Source: Podarcis muralis
Taxonomy: Eukaryota
NCBI RefSeq assembly: GCF_964188315.1
Contig: NC_135673.1
Location: forward strand, 44,330,001-44,394,000
Direction: 5' to 3'
DNA length: 64,000 nucleotides
The position numbers were made by a program, and so were the translations under genes. Below are positions 46,801 to 60,268 of this stretch, piece after piece. Under the pieces are notes generated by a model. It ran no database searches and was not told the origin of the DNA. It saw only the letters and a list, made by a program, of their open reading frames with translations. How positions within the stretch are numbered: the stretch's first letter is position 1; every line of letters starts with the position of its first letter.

Positions 46801-49800
46801 CCAAGGAATACATTGCCCACTGCTCTTGCCTTTGCTGTGGTGGCAGAAACTGCTGAGGAACACTCCTTGGAGGCTGGTTCTGCCCCCTGCCATGCTGCCT
46901 CTAGGGATGAAATGGTGGGAGCTGACCTCTGGAGTCCCCTGGGCTATGCAACCACTCAGTGTAATTCAGAGCAGCCCCAGTTTCCCCCAGTTTCAAATTC
47001 TGTATTCCATACTTTGTGCTTCAATATTTGTGCTTCAATAATCATTTTTATTGTAATTTCCCTTGGGTTCCTGTGCCTTTGTCTCCCCTCCCTTACATTT
47101 GGTCCCCCCCCCCATCTGTTTTTTGTTCCTGTTTTGCTATAAGATAAGGCAAGGCATCGTATCCTTCCTTCCCTCCCACTAATCTGTCCTCCTCCATCAA
47201 CATTATTGTAATAAACTTTATGAATTTTGCTTGCTTGGTAATGAAATTCTAGATGCTGCAATTGCAACCACCAAGTTCCTTCCCATTTTTAACACACTGC
47301 AGAACTATTTAGTAGCAGTCTATTCAACAATCTTCTGACAACCCACCAATCAAAGCCAAAAGCCACTTACAATGGAAGAATGAAATGGAAACTCACCCAT
47401 GCCCAGACCTTATGCTATGCTATATATATTTTTTTACATTACAGAAACAGTTAAGCCTTTAGTGGTAGGCAGACTAGAGAACTATTGACAGCTGATAGGG
47501 AAATTACTTTTGCACAAGCTCTGTAGACTTCTCACACCTATTAGGCCTTGGTGGGAAAAGGAGATAACTTTACTTAAAACTCATTCTGGGCTTTGTGCCA
47601 GAGTTTGACAGAGTTTACTAGAGAAAATGAGTCCTGGCTTTCCAGTTATTCAAATTTGGATTTGGTGTTTGACAATGTCCTGCTGTATGTGAGTGAGGCT
47701 GGAAGGCAGGAGGAGGGAACAAGCGGAATAATTGACTTTGATTACACAAATCCTCCAAGGGTGGTACCTCACCAAGAAGCAACTTAACAGGACAAAATGT
47801 GGACATTTCTGGAGACGTATTTCACTGGAAAGGAGCAGTGAAGGTCAATTGGGGTTGGAATCCTACACAAAGTCATCAGAATCTACTAGGGGTCAGTTCA
47901 GGTAAACAGCCCCATGATCATTCTCATATTCTAACCCAGACTTCACCAACCTGATGGCATCCAGGTTTTCTGGACTACAACTCCCAGCCAAAACACCTGG
48001 AGTACATGAGGTTGTCAAAGGCTGTTTTAACTCAGCCCTTCATTCTAACCCAAGAACTAGCATGGTGAAAAGGACAAAAGAATTATCTTAATGAATAAAT
48101 TAGCCTAGACTGCATGCTTAAAGGGTCTCGTGTGAATACCTGCTACCTCTCAGACTCAATTTTAAGACTCTTACAAGATGCAGATATAGATGAACAAGAG
48201 CCTTTTTTCTCTCTTCACCCACCTTGCATTTTTTAAAAGAAAAACAAACATATAACCTCATGAAGAGCTTTGTAAAACTCAAAAGCTTGCACACTATTTT
48301 ACCACTGCGGGTTGCATCCAACTAAGTTTTACTCAGAGTAGACTCACTGAAGTCAATGGACCAAAGAGATTCATGTTAACTAGTTTCAAGGGAACTCTTA
48401 ATAGGTCTTGCATTGGAAGCAACCTTTACTGTCTGACCTTATGAAGGTATTGCCCTAATGTGTTTTGGATTTTTTCTAATGGGACCAAACCATTTGCCTT
48501 CACCTTTCATATGTATTTGTTGAAATAATTGCAAGGCTCCAGCAATTGCAGATAGAGGGAACCATGTCTATCTGTGTCTAGGGATTCTAGATTTCAGCCA
48601 CTAGTAGATTTCATATCATATCATAAGTTAAAATAAAGTACCATGCTTCTTTCTTCATATCAGCAGGGCTACCTTCTAGGAAATCAGATGTAATTTGTTT
48701 CTCTGTTGACAGAGGAAACAAAAACATATTGGGAAGCTTGTCATCAATAATGTACTGGATTCCCCTAGTGGTGCTGTTTCTTGTCCTGCCATGCAGAATG
48801 TTTACAGAGCTGTATACATGTACGGCAGCACCCGCAGTGGAAGTGGGTTGCTGTGCATTGCTTGCACGGGAGACAGATTTCCGTAGCTAGTACCTTTATA
48901 TGCTATGCTTCATTATTTCATACCAGCATAGGGAGAGAGAGGGGAAAAGAATAACTCTCTTGGGAAATTACTCTCCTTCGAAACAACATAAGTAGCACTC
49001 ACTGCACTGCCAACACATTTATAAGCAGACACGGCCAACTTCTTGACATGCGGGCATTCCATTCAGGTCGGCATGTGGTGATTTAAAATGGTCTCCATAT
49101 TTCACCAGCCTCTAACAATGGAAGCTGAATTCACAGTGTATCCTCTGGGTCTCAAACAGGTCAGCAGAACAAGGAGGTACAGCCACATGGGTAGTAGCTT
49201 GGTCTTTTCTCATAAATCAAAGGGGCTCAAGTCAGTCCGAGGCTGTTTTATTGGGACAGACAAAACACCATTGGCCTCTTGTGTCATCTGACAAGCACAT
49301 GACAATAGATGGTGGCAGTTCCTGCAACTAGAACTCCGGCCTAGTTCAGCCTTCCCTGACCTGGCAGCTTTCAGATGGTGAAATACTACAGCTCCCATCA
49401 TTCCTCACCATTGGCCTTTCTGGGTGGGGCTGTGAGCATTGCAGCCCAAAAGCATCCAGAGGGCATGAGGTTGATGGAAGATGCCCTATGCAGTGCTTCA
49501 TTGTGGAACAAGAACAGCCAAACCAGTGCTCTCAAGATGTTGTTGGACTATCGTTCCCATCTGCCCCAGCCACCATGGCCAATGGTCAAGTGTAATGGGA
49601 GGTATTGTCCAACAGTTCCTCAAGGGAACCACGTTAGCTACTCCTTGTATAGCAGACAAGCACCTTCCTCTTCTGATGAGCTACCTCAGTACAAAGAGAG
49701 AAGGGAGGGCACCAGTAAATGAGGGAGGGGAGCTCTCCATGTTACAGTGAATAATATGTATTAGCCTCATGGTGTGTGGATTTTCTTTTGTTTTGTTTTG

Positions 49801-49832
49801 AGAAAGTATTGAAGACTGTATGATTTATCCTT

Positions 49833-49995
49833 TGAGGAAGGACTGGAGCAGAATGGTAGAGCACTTTTCATACAGAAGTTCCCAGCATCTCCAAGCAGGA
49901 ATGGCCCTTTCCTGAAACCTACAAAGCTAAACCAGCCAGAGTAGATAGTACTTAGTAAGATGGACCATTATATAGGGCAGCTTCCTATGTTCCAT
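49833..49995 (+). mobile_element. Old squamate tRNA-derived SINE
   Basis: Head gcagaatggtagagcac; tail gggcagcttcctatgttcc. Confidence 0.6.
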
Positions 49996-50302
49996 TAAAT
50001 GGATTAAACCAGTTGTTGGAATGCATTGGGCTAATTGATTATTTACGGTGTCGCCCAAATATATCAGAGCTGCCTTACTCTGAATGAGGCCATTTGCTAT
50101 CTAGTTCAATATTGCCTACTCTGACAGGCAACAACTGTCCTGGGTTTCTTTCCTCCATATTAGCTCTATATTACCATTTTATCAGTCTAAAAATGGTCTG
50201 GCACGAACAAAAAGTTACCACCTTGGAGAGAATTAAATTTCTGGCCCTGTTTTCATCGGTTACATGTTGGCAGGTCTGACAAACACAACAATGCTATCCA
50301 TA

Positions 50303-50392
50303 CATAGCTGTCAACTTTTCCCTTTTCTTGCGAGGAATCCTATTCGGAATAAGGGAATTTCCGTTTAAAAAAGGGAAACTTTGACAGCTATG
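50303..50392. mobile_element. 90-bp hAT-type MITE, copy 2
   Basis: TIRs CATAGCTGTCAA / TTGACAGCTATG extending about 24 bp with few mismatches; perfect 8-bp TSD TATCCATA (50295-50302 and 50393-50400). Confidence 0.92.
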
Positions 50393-51583
50393 TATCCATA
50401 TACAAAACAAATTTAAGGAAACACACACACACATACACACGGTCTGCCCCTGTGACTGTTTTCCAAAACATTGGCTTATAGAATGATATGAACTGTACAC
50501 CTGAAATCTAAAACCTGTCAGAAAGATGAGTTGTTCCCGCTGGGGAAAATGTTGCCACTAGAGATTTCATTTTAACAGGGTCCAGCACCTTGATTTGCCC
50601 TGTATCCAAACAATAAAACTGTTTGAGCAATGACTCGTCATGCCATTACTGTGGGCCTTCTGAGCCACCTGCAATACTGTCTCATAGAACTCCACATCAA
50701 GAAAGTATGCTTTATTCTTTCAAAGTTAAAAGTTAATGCCATTTGAAGCTGTTTATCTGTTTAAGCTACAGTGACATGAAACATTTTTTCAATATAAGAA
50801 GATTTAGACACCTATTTGTGACCACTGCCAAGGAAAATTCCTTCATTGTCAGTCTGAGACTACGTGAGAAAGCCAAGGCCCCAGTGAGAATTTCCTGCCA
50901 CTAATAAAGAAGTATATTTCCATCGATTGTCACTGTGTGTCAGCCTTTGAAATATCTCCCAGCAAACCTTTGCTATCAAGTCAACATAGCACAGGTAAGA
51001 TTTGTGCCACTGTGAGCAGCCGTCTTAGAGATGGATTTTATTATTATTATTATTATTCTGTTCGTCTCCACCCCCACCCCCTAAATACTGCAGCTGGCTT
51101 CTACAGAGAAAAGAAAACCCACTCTTTTCACTGCCAACAAAAGTGTCTCGGGAGATAGCTTGTATTCACCAGTCCCAGGGCTTGAATCCCTTTCAAGGAG
51201 AAAGAGAGAAACTCAAAGATTTAAAATTAATTATGTAAGAGAAATTGACAGCGTTTAAAGTAGGACCAACTTGCATAATTGGGGAAGGGGGATTCATTCC
51301 GGCTAATTTACACTTCTTGAAACAATAAATGGACTGAAACCGAGTTATCCTTTGAAATTTACACTTCTCCAATTTCATAATATGGTTTTACAACAAGAAC
51401 AAAAGCCATGCAAAATGTAAATATTAAAAGAAAGCGTGCACAAGAATGTTTATATCAGGACAAGGGAAGCTAAGGTTGTGCCCTCCAGTTGTGTTTGGAT
51501 AACCCCACTATTCTTGGCTAACATCTGGAGGGCACCAGGTTGTCTACCCTTGATAGTAGAGGAAATCATGTCTAAAAATTCAT

Positions 51584-52381
51584 TGTGTGACCAGGCAGCG
51601 ACTGACCCAGCCCCCAGGGACCACCAGAAAGGAATAATGACTCGTGACGTGTTATGGAATTAAAATTTGGCCACAACTTTATTAAACATTCAGACGTAGG
51701 AAGACCTTGGCTTAGGCATTGGGTGTGTATCCCTCCCAGTTCCCCAGCCGGGGGAACTGGGGCTCATCAGGGTGAATGGGATATGGGGGTGCACTGAAAG
51801 ATGCATGTGTATGCAGGCAGCCCACCCCATATCCCCAATGAAAACCTTTCAGTGTATTGCCAGAGACGCCCATATTATAACCGCTTTAAGAGGGGACCCT
51901 GGAATCAACGCCCCCCGGGGGGGGGGGTAAGTCACCACTTCACACACACACCCCATTTTACAGAAGAAAAGACTAAAGATTCTGCCCAAGGCCTTAAACT
52001 GCCAAAGTTGTGACAAATTGCTACTGGGAAGACAAAACCTGCCAATGCATGAAAATTTCTTCCCGGCTCTTCAACAGCAACCAGTCAAAAGACCATAGCA
52101 GCGCCCGCTAAAAAACAGAAAGAAAAAGGTTAACCTGTAAACAAGAAACATTAAACAAAGGGAGGGTTGGGTGGTTGAAGCTCCTGAGCTGACTACCTGG
52201 CTGCTGCCAGCTCTTCCCCCTATTTATGGGACTGGGCCCCACCTCCCAGCAGTGTAACTTGACTACTGAGGCTGGGCGTGAGCCCCCAAAGAATAACACT
52301 GAGAGGCAGGCCAGCCCACACAAACTGGTAAGTTCTCTGAGATCCGAAGCACCTCGCGCAATCCCGCACAGGGGAACCACA
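51584..52381 (-). mobile_element. Solo LTR (ERV-like, about 800 bp, apparently complete)
   Basis: Minus strand TGTGG...GGTCACACA; AATAAA near the 3' end; flanks tcat / gcat; homolog at 13494-14209. Confidence 0.8.
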
Positions 52382-53384
52382 GCATAAAGTGTGAGTGCTC
52401 AATATATCAGGGAAATTGCTTTCAAAAATGGATATATTTGGCAAAATTGTGTACAAAATTCTACCCAATCAGGGAAGAATCAGGCTATTTAAACAAGCAC
52501 CACCTCCACATTTCCCTCTTCTACCCTTGCCCCATAACTTTACAGTATGGGATTTGCTAGCTGCTTTCTTGTGGGGGGGGGCTGAGTAGGAATTGTGATT
52601 GGGAGCCCCTGATTGGCCCTTTATTGCCTACTTAACACGCTTGGGGTGTGAGACTGGAAAAGCATTTGTTTTCTGAATTTGGTGCAAATTGCATTTAGGC
52701 CTGGATGGTGAGGAATTATTGGGTTAAGTGCAATCTTTAGTTACCCACCCCCATTGAATTTCCTCTGGGGTGGGGTCCTTGGGGTGCCCTTTATGCTGGG
52801 CATGCACACTAGTGTGGACTCTGGCCAACAAGGCCATTGTGTGCATGTTAGGTTCACATTCCCACACTTTCCAAACCTTTGCTGTGTGGCCACAGAGTGC
52901 AGCTGTTAACATGCCAAGGAGATGAAAGGGCATTATTTCCCCCCTTACTTGATAATTTATCTACCTAGATGAATTTTATTTGGTTAATTTGCTTTTTATG
53001 CAGCTCATCTAATTTTGTTACATTTTAATAAATATAACCTGTTTGCCCATTATTGGTTTTCCTTTGGATGCAATGACAAACCAGAATTCAGAGTCTCACT
53101 TGCACACCCATTCTATCTCATTTTCACATTAGTTAGACATATACCCAAAGAAGTGCTTTTCCTGATATCTGCTTGCCTGTGTCCTAGGATCTATGGGGGA
53201 GCAACTTCACTCTCCACTGCTGAGTTTGTTGAATGTTGGTGCAGGACAGCACATTCTCTGTAGAGTGTTCTCTCTTTTATAAGCATAACAGGTACCATCA
53301 TTTCTTTTTGTTTCCGTGCCAACTTAAACCTTACTTGTTTTCTGGGCTTTTAAAATATTTTTTAGTGAGTGTGAAGCCTGTCCT

Positions 53385-53620
53385 GCTGCTTTTAGCTGCT
53401 TTCATTTTTGTTCCAGTAGTGGCACCTACCCTTTGGAATTCCTTCCCGTTAAATATTAGTCAGGCACTCTCTATAGTCTCTTTGGCAACTATGGAAGAAG
53501 ATGTTCCTTTTCCAAAAAGCCTTTTATGTGGAGAACTTTCCCCCAATCTGCATCTACATTGGATTTGAAATTGGTTTTACATGTGGGGTTGTTTTTAATT
53601 GTATCTAGTGGATCACTAAG
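53385..53620 (+). mobile_element. Degenerate L2 3' remnant
   Basis: Translates VVAPTLWNSFP, the L2 ORF2 terminal motif. Confidence 0.6.
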
Positions 53621-55044
53621 TAGAAGTCACCAATGGTGCATTCCAAATCACGATCACACTAAGCATCCTACCCACAGGTTCAGAGAGGAGAAGACTTGTT
53701 CCTACAGCCAGCAAATTGGGAAGGTATAAGAACTGTAAAATATAAGCGCTATAGACTGTTGGGGTACCTAATCCCCCTTGGATAGAATCACCACATATTC
53801 TAGGCCTTGCCTGTCAGCAACATTCTATCTCTGATGAGCTTGCAGATTCCATATTATCCATCCGGCACCTCTGATCAAGGTCATTCCCCAATAAGACCAA
53901 CCCGCCCTGGCCTAATCTGGTGGCTACCCACCCTGGCACAGATCCATCCCCAAAGCAATTTGGAGACCAGGGCTAAGGCTTTGCTCTGTTTTTCTTTTTT
54001 AAAAAGCCTACCATAAATGGGTGTTTGGGATGAGACAGTGTCTCCTCCTCCCCTTTCCATCCAACTGATGAGATCAGTCTGGTGTGGTGCTGTTTCAGGG
54101 GGCAAAAAGGGAGTCCTGGTGGGAAAGGCATTGCCCCATCGCTAACGTCTCCTGCAACAATGCATTTGTCCAGTTGCCTGTTCCTTTCCATACTATCTCC
54201 CTCTTCCCACCCATGCCTGCCTCTCCTTCTTGTCTTCCAGCCCTAGATTGCTCTGGAACACTCAGCCCAATCCACAGTGATCTGGGGCTATCTCAGCCCA
54301 ACACAGACAGTGCCTGGATCCCTCCAAATAAACCCAATTTGATTCAGGCCTTGACCAAATTTAATGCACAGCTGTATTTATTATGCTTATGACATTCTTA
54401 TTTATCTAAACCAGTGTGGACTTGTTCAGGTGGCCCTCAGTGCTATAGTCTATCCCCTGGCTGGTACTCCATAACCTTTTTGGGTCGGCCAATGGCAATA
54501 GCACCAGCTCCCTGTATACATAGTGTACAGGCATGCATCAAAGTGGGTGCTTGACAGAGAGCAAAATGAAAGCTTGGCTGCAGCATGCATCGCTGCAGAG
54601 GAGGAAAATAAAGTAAATGAAGCTATAATTGGAGGAAGGAGGGATGAAATAGTGATACATGTTGAAGGGAGATGAAATTAAAGGAGATGATAGGCAAATT
54701 CTGCCTAAAAAGGGGAAACTCCAGAGCCAATGTTTGTGCTGAGTTTGAAGAAAGCTGAGCAGTGAGACTCCCTGCCACAAGCAAATCACTTTGGCAAAAG
54801 CATTTAGCAATTTCCAAAGAGGGATTAGATAGCAATAGAGAAGGATGAAGGATTGAGAGTGGTGTGTGTCTAACTACACACATTTTTGCCTCAATTACCA
54901 ATGGCCCCATAAAGATTGCCCTGAGTGGGTATGCAGTCCTCATACTGAAAAAGTTTCTCTACAGTCCATTTTGAATGAATGGTAGAGTCTTTTTCACTCA
55001 TAAGAATGTGTTGGTTTAAATTCTTTATGATTTACCCGACAGAG

Positions 55045-55195
55045 TGTTGTTGTTGTTTAGTCGTTTAGTCGTGTCTGACTCTTCGTGACCCCATGGACCA
55101 GAGCACGCCAGGCACTCCTGTCTTCCACTGCCTCCCACAGTTTGGTCAAACTCATGTTAGTAGCTTCAAGAACACTCTCCAACCATCTCATCCTC
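55045..55195 (-). mobile_element. Bov-B (RTE) LINE 3' end, heavily 5'-truncated
   Basis: gttgttgtttagtcgtttagtcgtgtctgactcttcgtgaccccatggac is the reversed Bov-B 3' terminus with a (CAA)n-type tail. Confidence 0.85.
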
Positions 55196-57384
55196 AGGGT
55201 AACTGGGCCATTTTAAACACCCACATCAGCTATCTAGGCAGCACATGATAAAATGAGGCTGCATTGAATTTTCATGAGATCCATTTTTCACAGGAGGAAA
55301 ACAGACATTTCAGGAGGCACATTTTTTCACTGAAAAAGCAGCATTCTCCTAGAAAATATTGCCCTTTGCAGCAAAATTAATGATACACACACAGAGAGAG
55401 AGAAAGAACATGTGAAGTCATGGCACCATGTGTGTTAACCTCACCACTGCTATCAGCCATGCTCCTGGCCACATATTACGCACATACTGATGAAGACAAG
55501 TAGAACTCTTCTACATGCAAGGAGTGGGCCAGAGTCAAATGAGGTGGCTCTAGGTGTTCACATTGATACGCTTGCAGAGTCCCTTCACATGACATCTAAA
55601 CATGTGAAGACAGTGTGGCAGGGGATGTGACTAACCTTTAAATCCTCACAACCCAGGAGTGAACTGAGGTGTTTCAGCACCTGAGGTGAAATGGTCTAGT
55701 GCTATCCTTGCAATGGGGGCACAGCCTTTGTAAAGTGTGTCCCTCATTGGCTGAGGGGTGTAGATCCTTTTTGAGTTTCCCCCTCCCACCCACAAGTGGG
55801 GCTCTGCATCAGCTCCTCCCTTCAAGAGAAGCTGGTGAAAAGCCACACAAGTGGGCAGGGGGAGATCTCCCCCATGCTGGGTGACAAAGTTCATTGACTC
55901 GGCAAGAGGGGAGTGGTTCCATCACCCAGCTTTGCCACCAGTCCCTCTCCACCCTAGAGGCTGTGGATACTGGTGGCAGAGGTGGGCACTGGAACAAGCA
56001 TGCTGCCTCTTGGGGAGGTGCCACCTGAGGCAGCTACCTCTGCCACAACCCCACTCTTGCATAGTTTCAATGAATAGGGGTGGGTGTGTTCCAAGCTTCT
56101 GTAGCTGTAGTACAGTGTGTTCTTGAGATGAGTGTGTGCGTTGAGAGACAGAAAATTGGGTTTTTGTGTTGAGTGCATTTTGTGTGCTTTACATCAGAAG
56201 CACAGTTTCCAACAGCAATTGCCACACAATAGATAATTCTTTTGGCCTTCATGGGTTGTTGTTGTTTTTGGCAGTGGGTTAAGCTGAGCATTTCAAAGAT
56301 GTTCTTCTCAATTCTAGTCTTGTCTCTTTCTGTCCCTTAATCACGGTTCAGCAAGCATCTTTAGAAAACAGGGAGCAGGGCAAGGAGAGAGATCCCACAA
56401 AGATTATAGCAACTATTTGTGATGAGATGCTTTTAACATTTCCTAAACAATGTACATGGATAAGGCAGAAATAAAATACCCCTCCCTTTAAGTTGGAATG
56501 CAGTTGCCCACACATATCTTGCTTGCTATCAATTCTTGAAACTGGTAGGGCATAAAAGGTACTTCCCTTGCTAGGCTGAGCAATATGTAACCTATCTATA
56601 ATACCCCCCCCCCACAAACAACAACAACAACATGAACAACATTGCTGGATTATTGGAAGTGACTTGGGTGCTTTGTTGCTGCTGCTGCTGCTGCTGTTTT
56701 TGTTTTAAAGTAACTTTCTAATGCTTATTGACTTTCCTACAAGTATTCTACTATACAGTAACAGGTTTTTTTTTTGGGGGGGGGGGTGATAGTATGTGTT
56801 TCTCCAGTCTTTAAAGGACAAGGAATCCTTCTGAAGTATTAAGATGGAAGAAGCTCTATTTAAGAAAATTAAAATATTGAGAAGTTGCTTTTAGAAACAC
56901 ACCTGAATGAACACACTTCTGTGAAACAATGAAACTCTTTGTTGTGCCCCCCGAAATGCCACTGATGTATAGCTGAAAAAATAAGTGGTGATTGAAGCAT
57001 GAACTGTTGCTCCAGGAGCAGTGAGACACTTCCCTGTCCTTTATCCGGCTGTCTTGCATGATGCGCCTGCACCTGAACATCTTGACAGTTGCAGAGATGT
57101 GTGTTTTCTCTCTAGCCCTTCCAGGGTTCTCCCCCCCTACACACAGCTGCAAAATATGAATTGAGAAATGGAAGATTGGAACTAGCCTGTCCATCTTTAT
57201 TTCCTGTCTTGTAACCTGAGATGTGGCCCTAAAAATCATTCCCAGCTCAACTCTCGTTGGTGGCTTCCTAAGAGTGTCATTCCTAAATTGTGAGACCTGC
57301 TTAAACAATCATGTTTAAGAGAAGGAACATGAGTTATTCACTCTGTTTCCTCCATTTCATTGTAACATCCATGTGATACAAGTT

Positions 57385-57585
57385 GCTGCCTTATAGTAGC
57401 TTAAGACTATTTGCCCATTTGGCCTAATATTGTCCACTTCAACTCACAACAGCTGTCCTGGGTCTCAATCAGAGCAGGAACTTTCCCATAACTTGTTTCC
57501 CAGGCCACTTTTAGCTAGAGATACTGAAATGTTACATTTGACCATTCTTTATGCAAAACACATGCTCTGTCACTGAGGAGCGTCC
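57385..57585 (-). mobile_element. Old squamate tRNA-derived SINE
   Basis: Reversed tail gctgccttata and reversed head tgcaaaacacatgctctgtcactgag. Confidence 0.5.
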
Positions 57586-58534
57586 CATGACCTAGGCCCC
57601 ATTCACACTTAAAACTATCATCCCACTCTCATGGTTTCCCCCCAAAGAATTCTGGGGAATGTAGTGTCTTAAGGGTGCTAAGTGTTCAGAACCCCCTCTT
57701 CTCCTTGCAGAGCTACATTTGCAGAGTGGGTTAACAGTCAATCCCTCTTCCTGGGGAACTCTGGTCATTTTAGTTCTGTGAAGAGAACAGGGGCCTTTTA
57801 ACAACTTAGACTCTAACTCCCATCAGCCCCAGCCAGCTGATGGGAGTTAGTCATGAATGAAAGGGGTTGCTGGGACACAGGATCCTCTTTTCCTAATGTT
57901 GTGCTGTGGTTTGAGGAGAAAGAGGCAGGATTAATCTAAGGTTTTTAGACCATGGTTAGCTACAAGTGAGCAACTTGCTCTAACAAAGGTATGTGTGTGT
58001 GTGTGTGTGGGGGGGTAATCTGAGACCTTTTAAGTGTCTCTAGACTACCTCCTCCAAGCTGCATCCCCTTGTTACAAAGCCTTAGAAGGCCAACCCTCTG
58101 GCCTGAAGATGAGCACTCCTCCTCCATTCCATAGTTTCCCTCCTGGTGTGCTCTCTGGCACTGGGCTGGTGAGGTAGGAGGCACATAGTTCTTCAGGTCT
58201 GGGCTCAGGTGGTCTCGGAGATTCATCTGGGGCTCCTGTTCAACAGCCTCGGTTGCAAGGGATTCCTAAAATTCCATAACCTCTGGATCCTGAACCTGAC
58301 CTGCCTCCCCATCTGGTGCCCCTCAAGCCTCTGACTCTGAGTCTAAATCACTGATAGATTCACGGGTCATGACACCCAGTTTAAAGGTAAGAATGACTGG
58401 GATGGGAGGAAGTGGCTTTGTGGCTAGGAGGGGTAGAAGCAAACTGGAATTTTCTGGCTCAGATTTTAATTCAGGCTAAAGGAGTGAGGGGAAGGATTCT
58501 AATGCTCTCTGAGATGAGAACATTGGCTGGCTGC

Positions 58535-58705
58535 CTGCCTGCCTATATCTTAATTACATTTATATCCCACCTTTCCTTCAAGAAGCTCAAAGTGGTGTAA
58601 TTGGCTCCCCACTTCCCATTACATCACCACAGCAACTGTGTGATGTCAGTAAAGCTGAGAGACAGTGACTTGCCTAAGGTCACCCAGTGAGTTTCATGGC
58701 AGGAA
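58535..58705 (-). mobile_element. MIR/Ther1-like (CORE) SINE remnant
   Basis: aagctgagagacagtgacttgcctaaggtcacccagtgag resembles the CORE domain; L2-type tail tttatatcccacctttcc. Confidence 0.6.
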
Positions 58706-59527
58706 TGCTGACACAAAGGATCTTTCTGTCATACTGGCTTGCAGTACTGAAAGAGAATGCTACTCACCACTCCCAAATTAACTGTACCACTTGGCATAAT
58801 TGCTTGGCCCAACAAGCAACAACGGATACCTCCACATGAAAAGCAGCTATAAAGTTGTGTTAACTATTGCTCAGCTTACTCTCTTTTTTCTTTTTGTAAT
58901 CTAGATAGATACTCTGATGGCAACCATAATGAATAATCCAAGTCATGTTCATTTAAAACCAAAGATGAGTCTAGCTGTCCAGAGAATTGGAAATGATGGA
59001 CTGATCCCAAAAGCCTTGAAATAAGTTAATTAGCAGGACAAATGCCACCTGGCAATGCTGTCTGGATGCACTTGTTATGATACCCAGCCTTGTATTTCAG
59101 CTTCTTAATAATTAGTGATTGGTAGTTAGCCAGAAGCAGGTCAGGAAAATAGTGGCACACCACAAAATTATTCTGTCCAGCTGGGAGAAAGTCCTGAGCA
59201 GTAACTACATAAACGTTTGTGCACAGAATATTGATTAAGGGAGCGATCCTATGGCAAAATCCACCAGGATGGGAAGCTGAGGATGTGGTGGATCTCTGGC
59301 TCAGCTGGGCGATTCCAAGCTTAGCTAAGTCTCCAGCCCTAGCTCAGCTGAAAGTAACACCAACTGAGCCAAAACTGGCTGAGCAATGGCTGGTGCAAGC
59401 CCCTGAAAGGGAGCATGGTGTGAGTGGGGCCAGAGAGGAGGGATTTAGTCTGGATCCTAAGCAGCAGGTGTCTTTGAATGTGGACTAGATATCCAGATCA
59501 TTAATGGTGATCATTAATGAACAAATA

Positions 59528-59769
59528 CACTGGTGCCTCGGGTTACAAACGCCTTGGGTTACAAACACTTCGGGTTACAGACTCTGCTAACCCGGAAGTA
59601 GTACCTTGGGTTAAGAACTTTGCTTCAGGGTGAGAACAGAGAGTGTGTGCCAGCAGCATGGCGGCAGTGGGAAGCCCCATTTGCTAAAGTGGTACCTCAG
59701 GTTAAGAATGGTTTCAGGTTAAGAACAGACCTCCAGAACGAATTAAGTTCGTAACCAGAGGTACCACTG
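59528..59769. mobile_element. Tc1/mariner (Tigger-like) MITE
   Basis: TA-CACTGGTGCCTC...GAGGTACCACTG-TA; reverse complement of the 13250-13478 family. Confidence 0.9.
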
Positions 59770-60144
59770 TACTGCCGCTGAGAACAGCCCTAGAGGGAGA
59801 AAGCCAAGTGAAGAGGCAGCCAGTCTAGGCCACACACTCCAACAAGAATCACACATGTGCACATGTTGTTGTGTTCACAGGAGATGTGCTACTGCTCAGT
59901 GCAGCATTTGTTTGAGGGTCTAGCAAACAGGCTCCAAGTAGGCTCGTGAGGAAGTGTGGTGAGATATTCAACAGTAGCCGATGCCCATTGCGAATGGTTG
60001 GGGGGAAGGCAGGGAGCCCAAACAGTTGATGGGGCCAGAGCCAATAAGAGGCAGAGCCAACTAATTCTAGTTTTGTTCCAACCTCCTCTTTGCTGCTGTG
60101 TTCTACAATGGCAACACTGAAGCCAAGGAGGAGGAAACTGATGA

Positions 60145-60268
60145 CTATGTTCTGCCTCTCCAATCCGAGGCAATGCTCTTGTGTTTGTGCTTGCTGGTTT
60201 CCCACAGGCATCTGGTGTTGGGTTAGATGAGCTATTGGCCTGATCCTGCAGGCTCATCTTATGTTTTG
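60145..60268 (+). mobile_element. CR1 3' end remnant
   Basis: ggtttcccacaggcatctgg...ggcctgatcctgcaggctcatcttatgtt. Confidence 0.55.

Noticed and set aside
56856-57308. 150-aa minus-strand ORF
   Set aside because: No recognisable homology, no convincing splice boundaries, no coding-like codon usage.
59486-59520. GATCATTAATG-GT-GATCATTAATG as a transposon excision footprint
   Set aside because: An 11-bp duplication fits neither TA (mariner) nor 8-bp (hAT) TSDs; simple slippage is sufficient.
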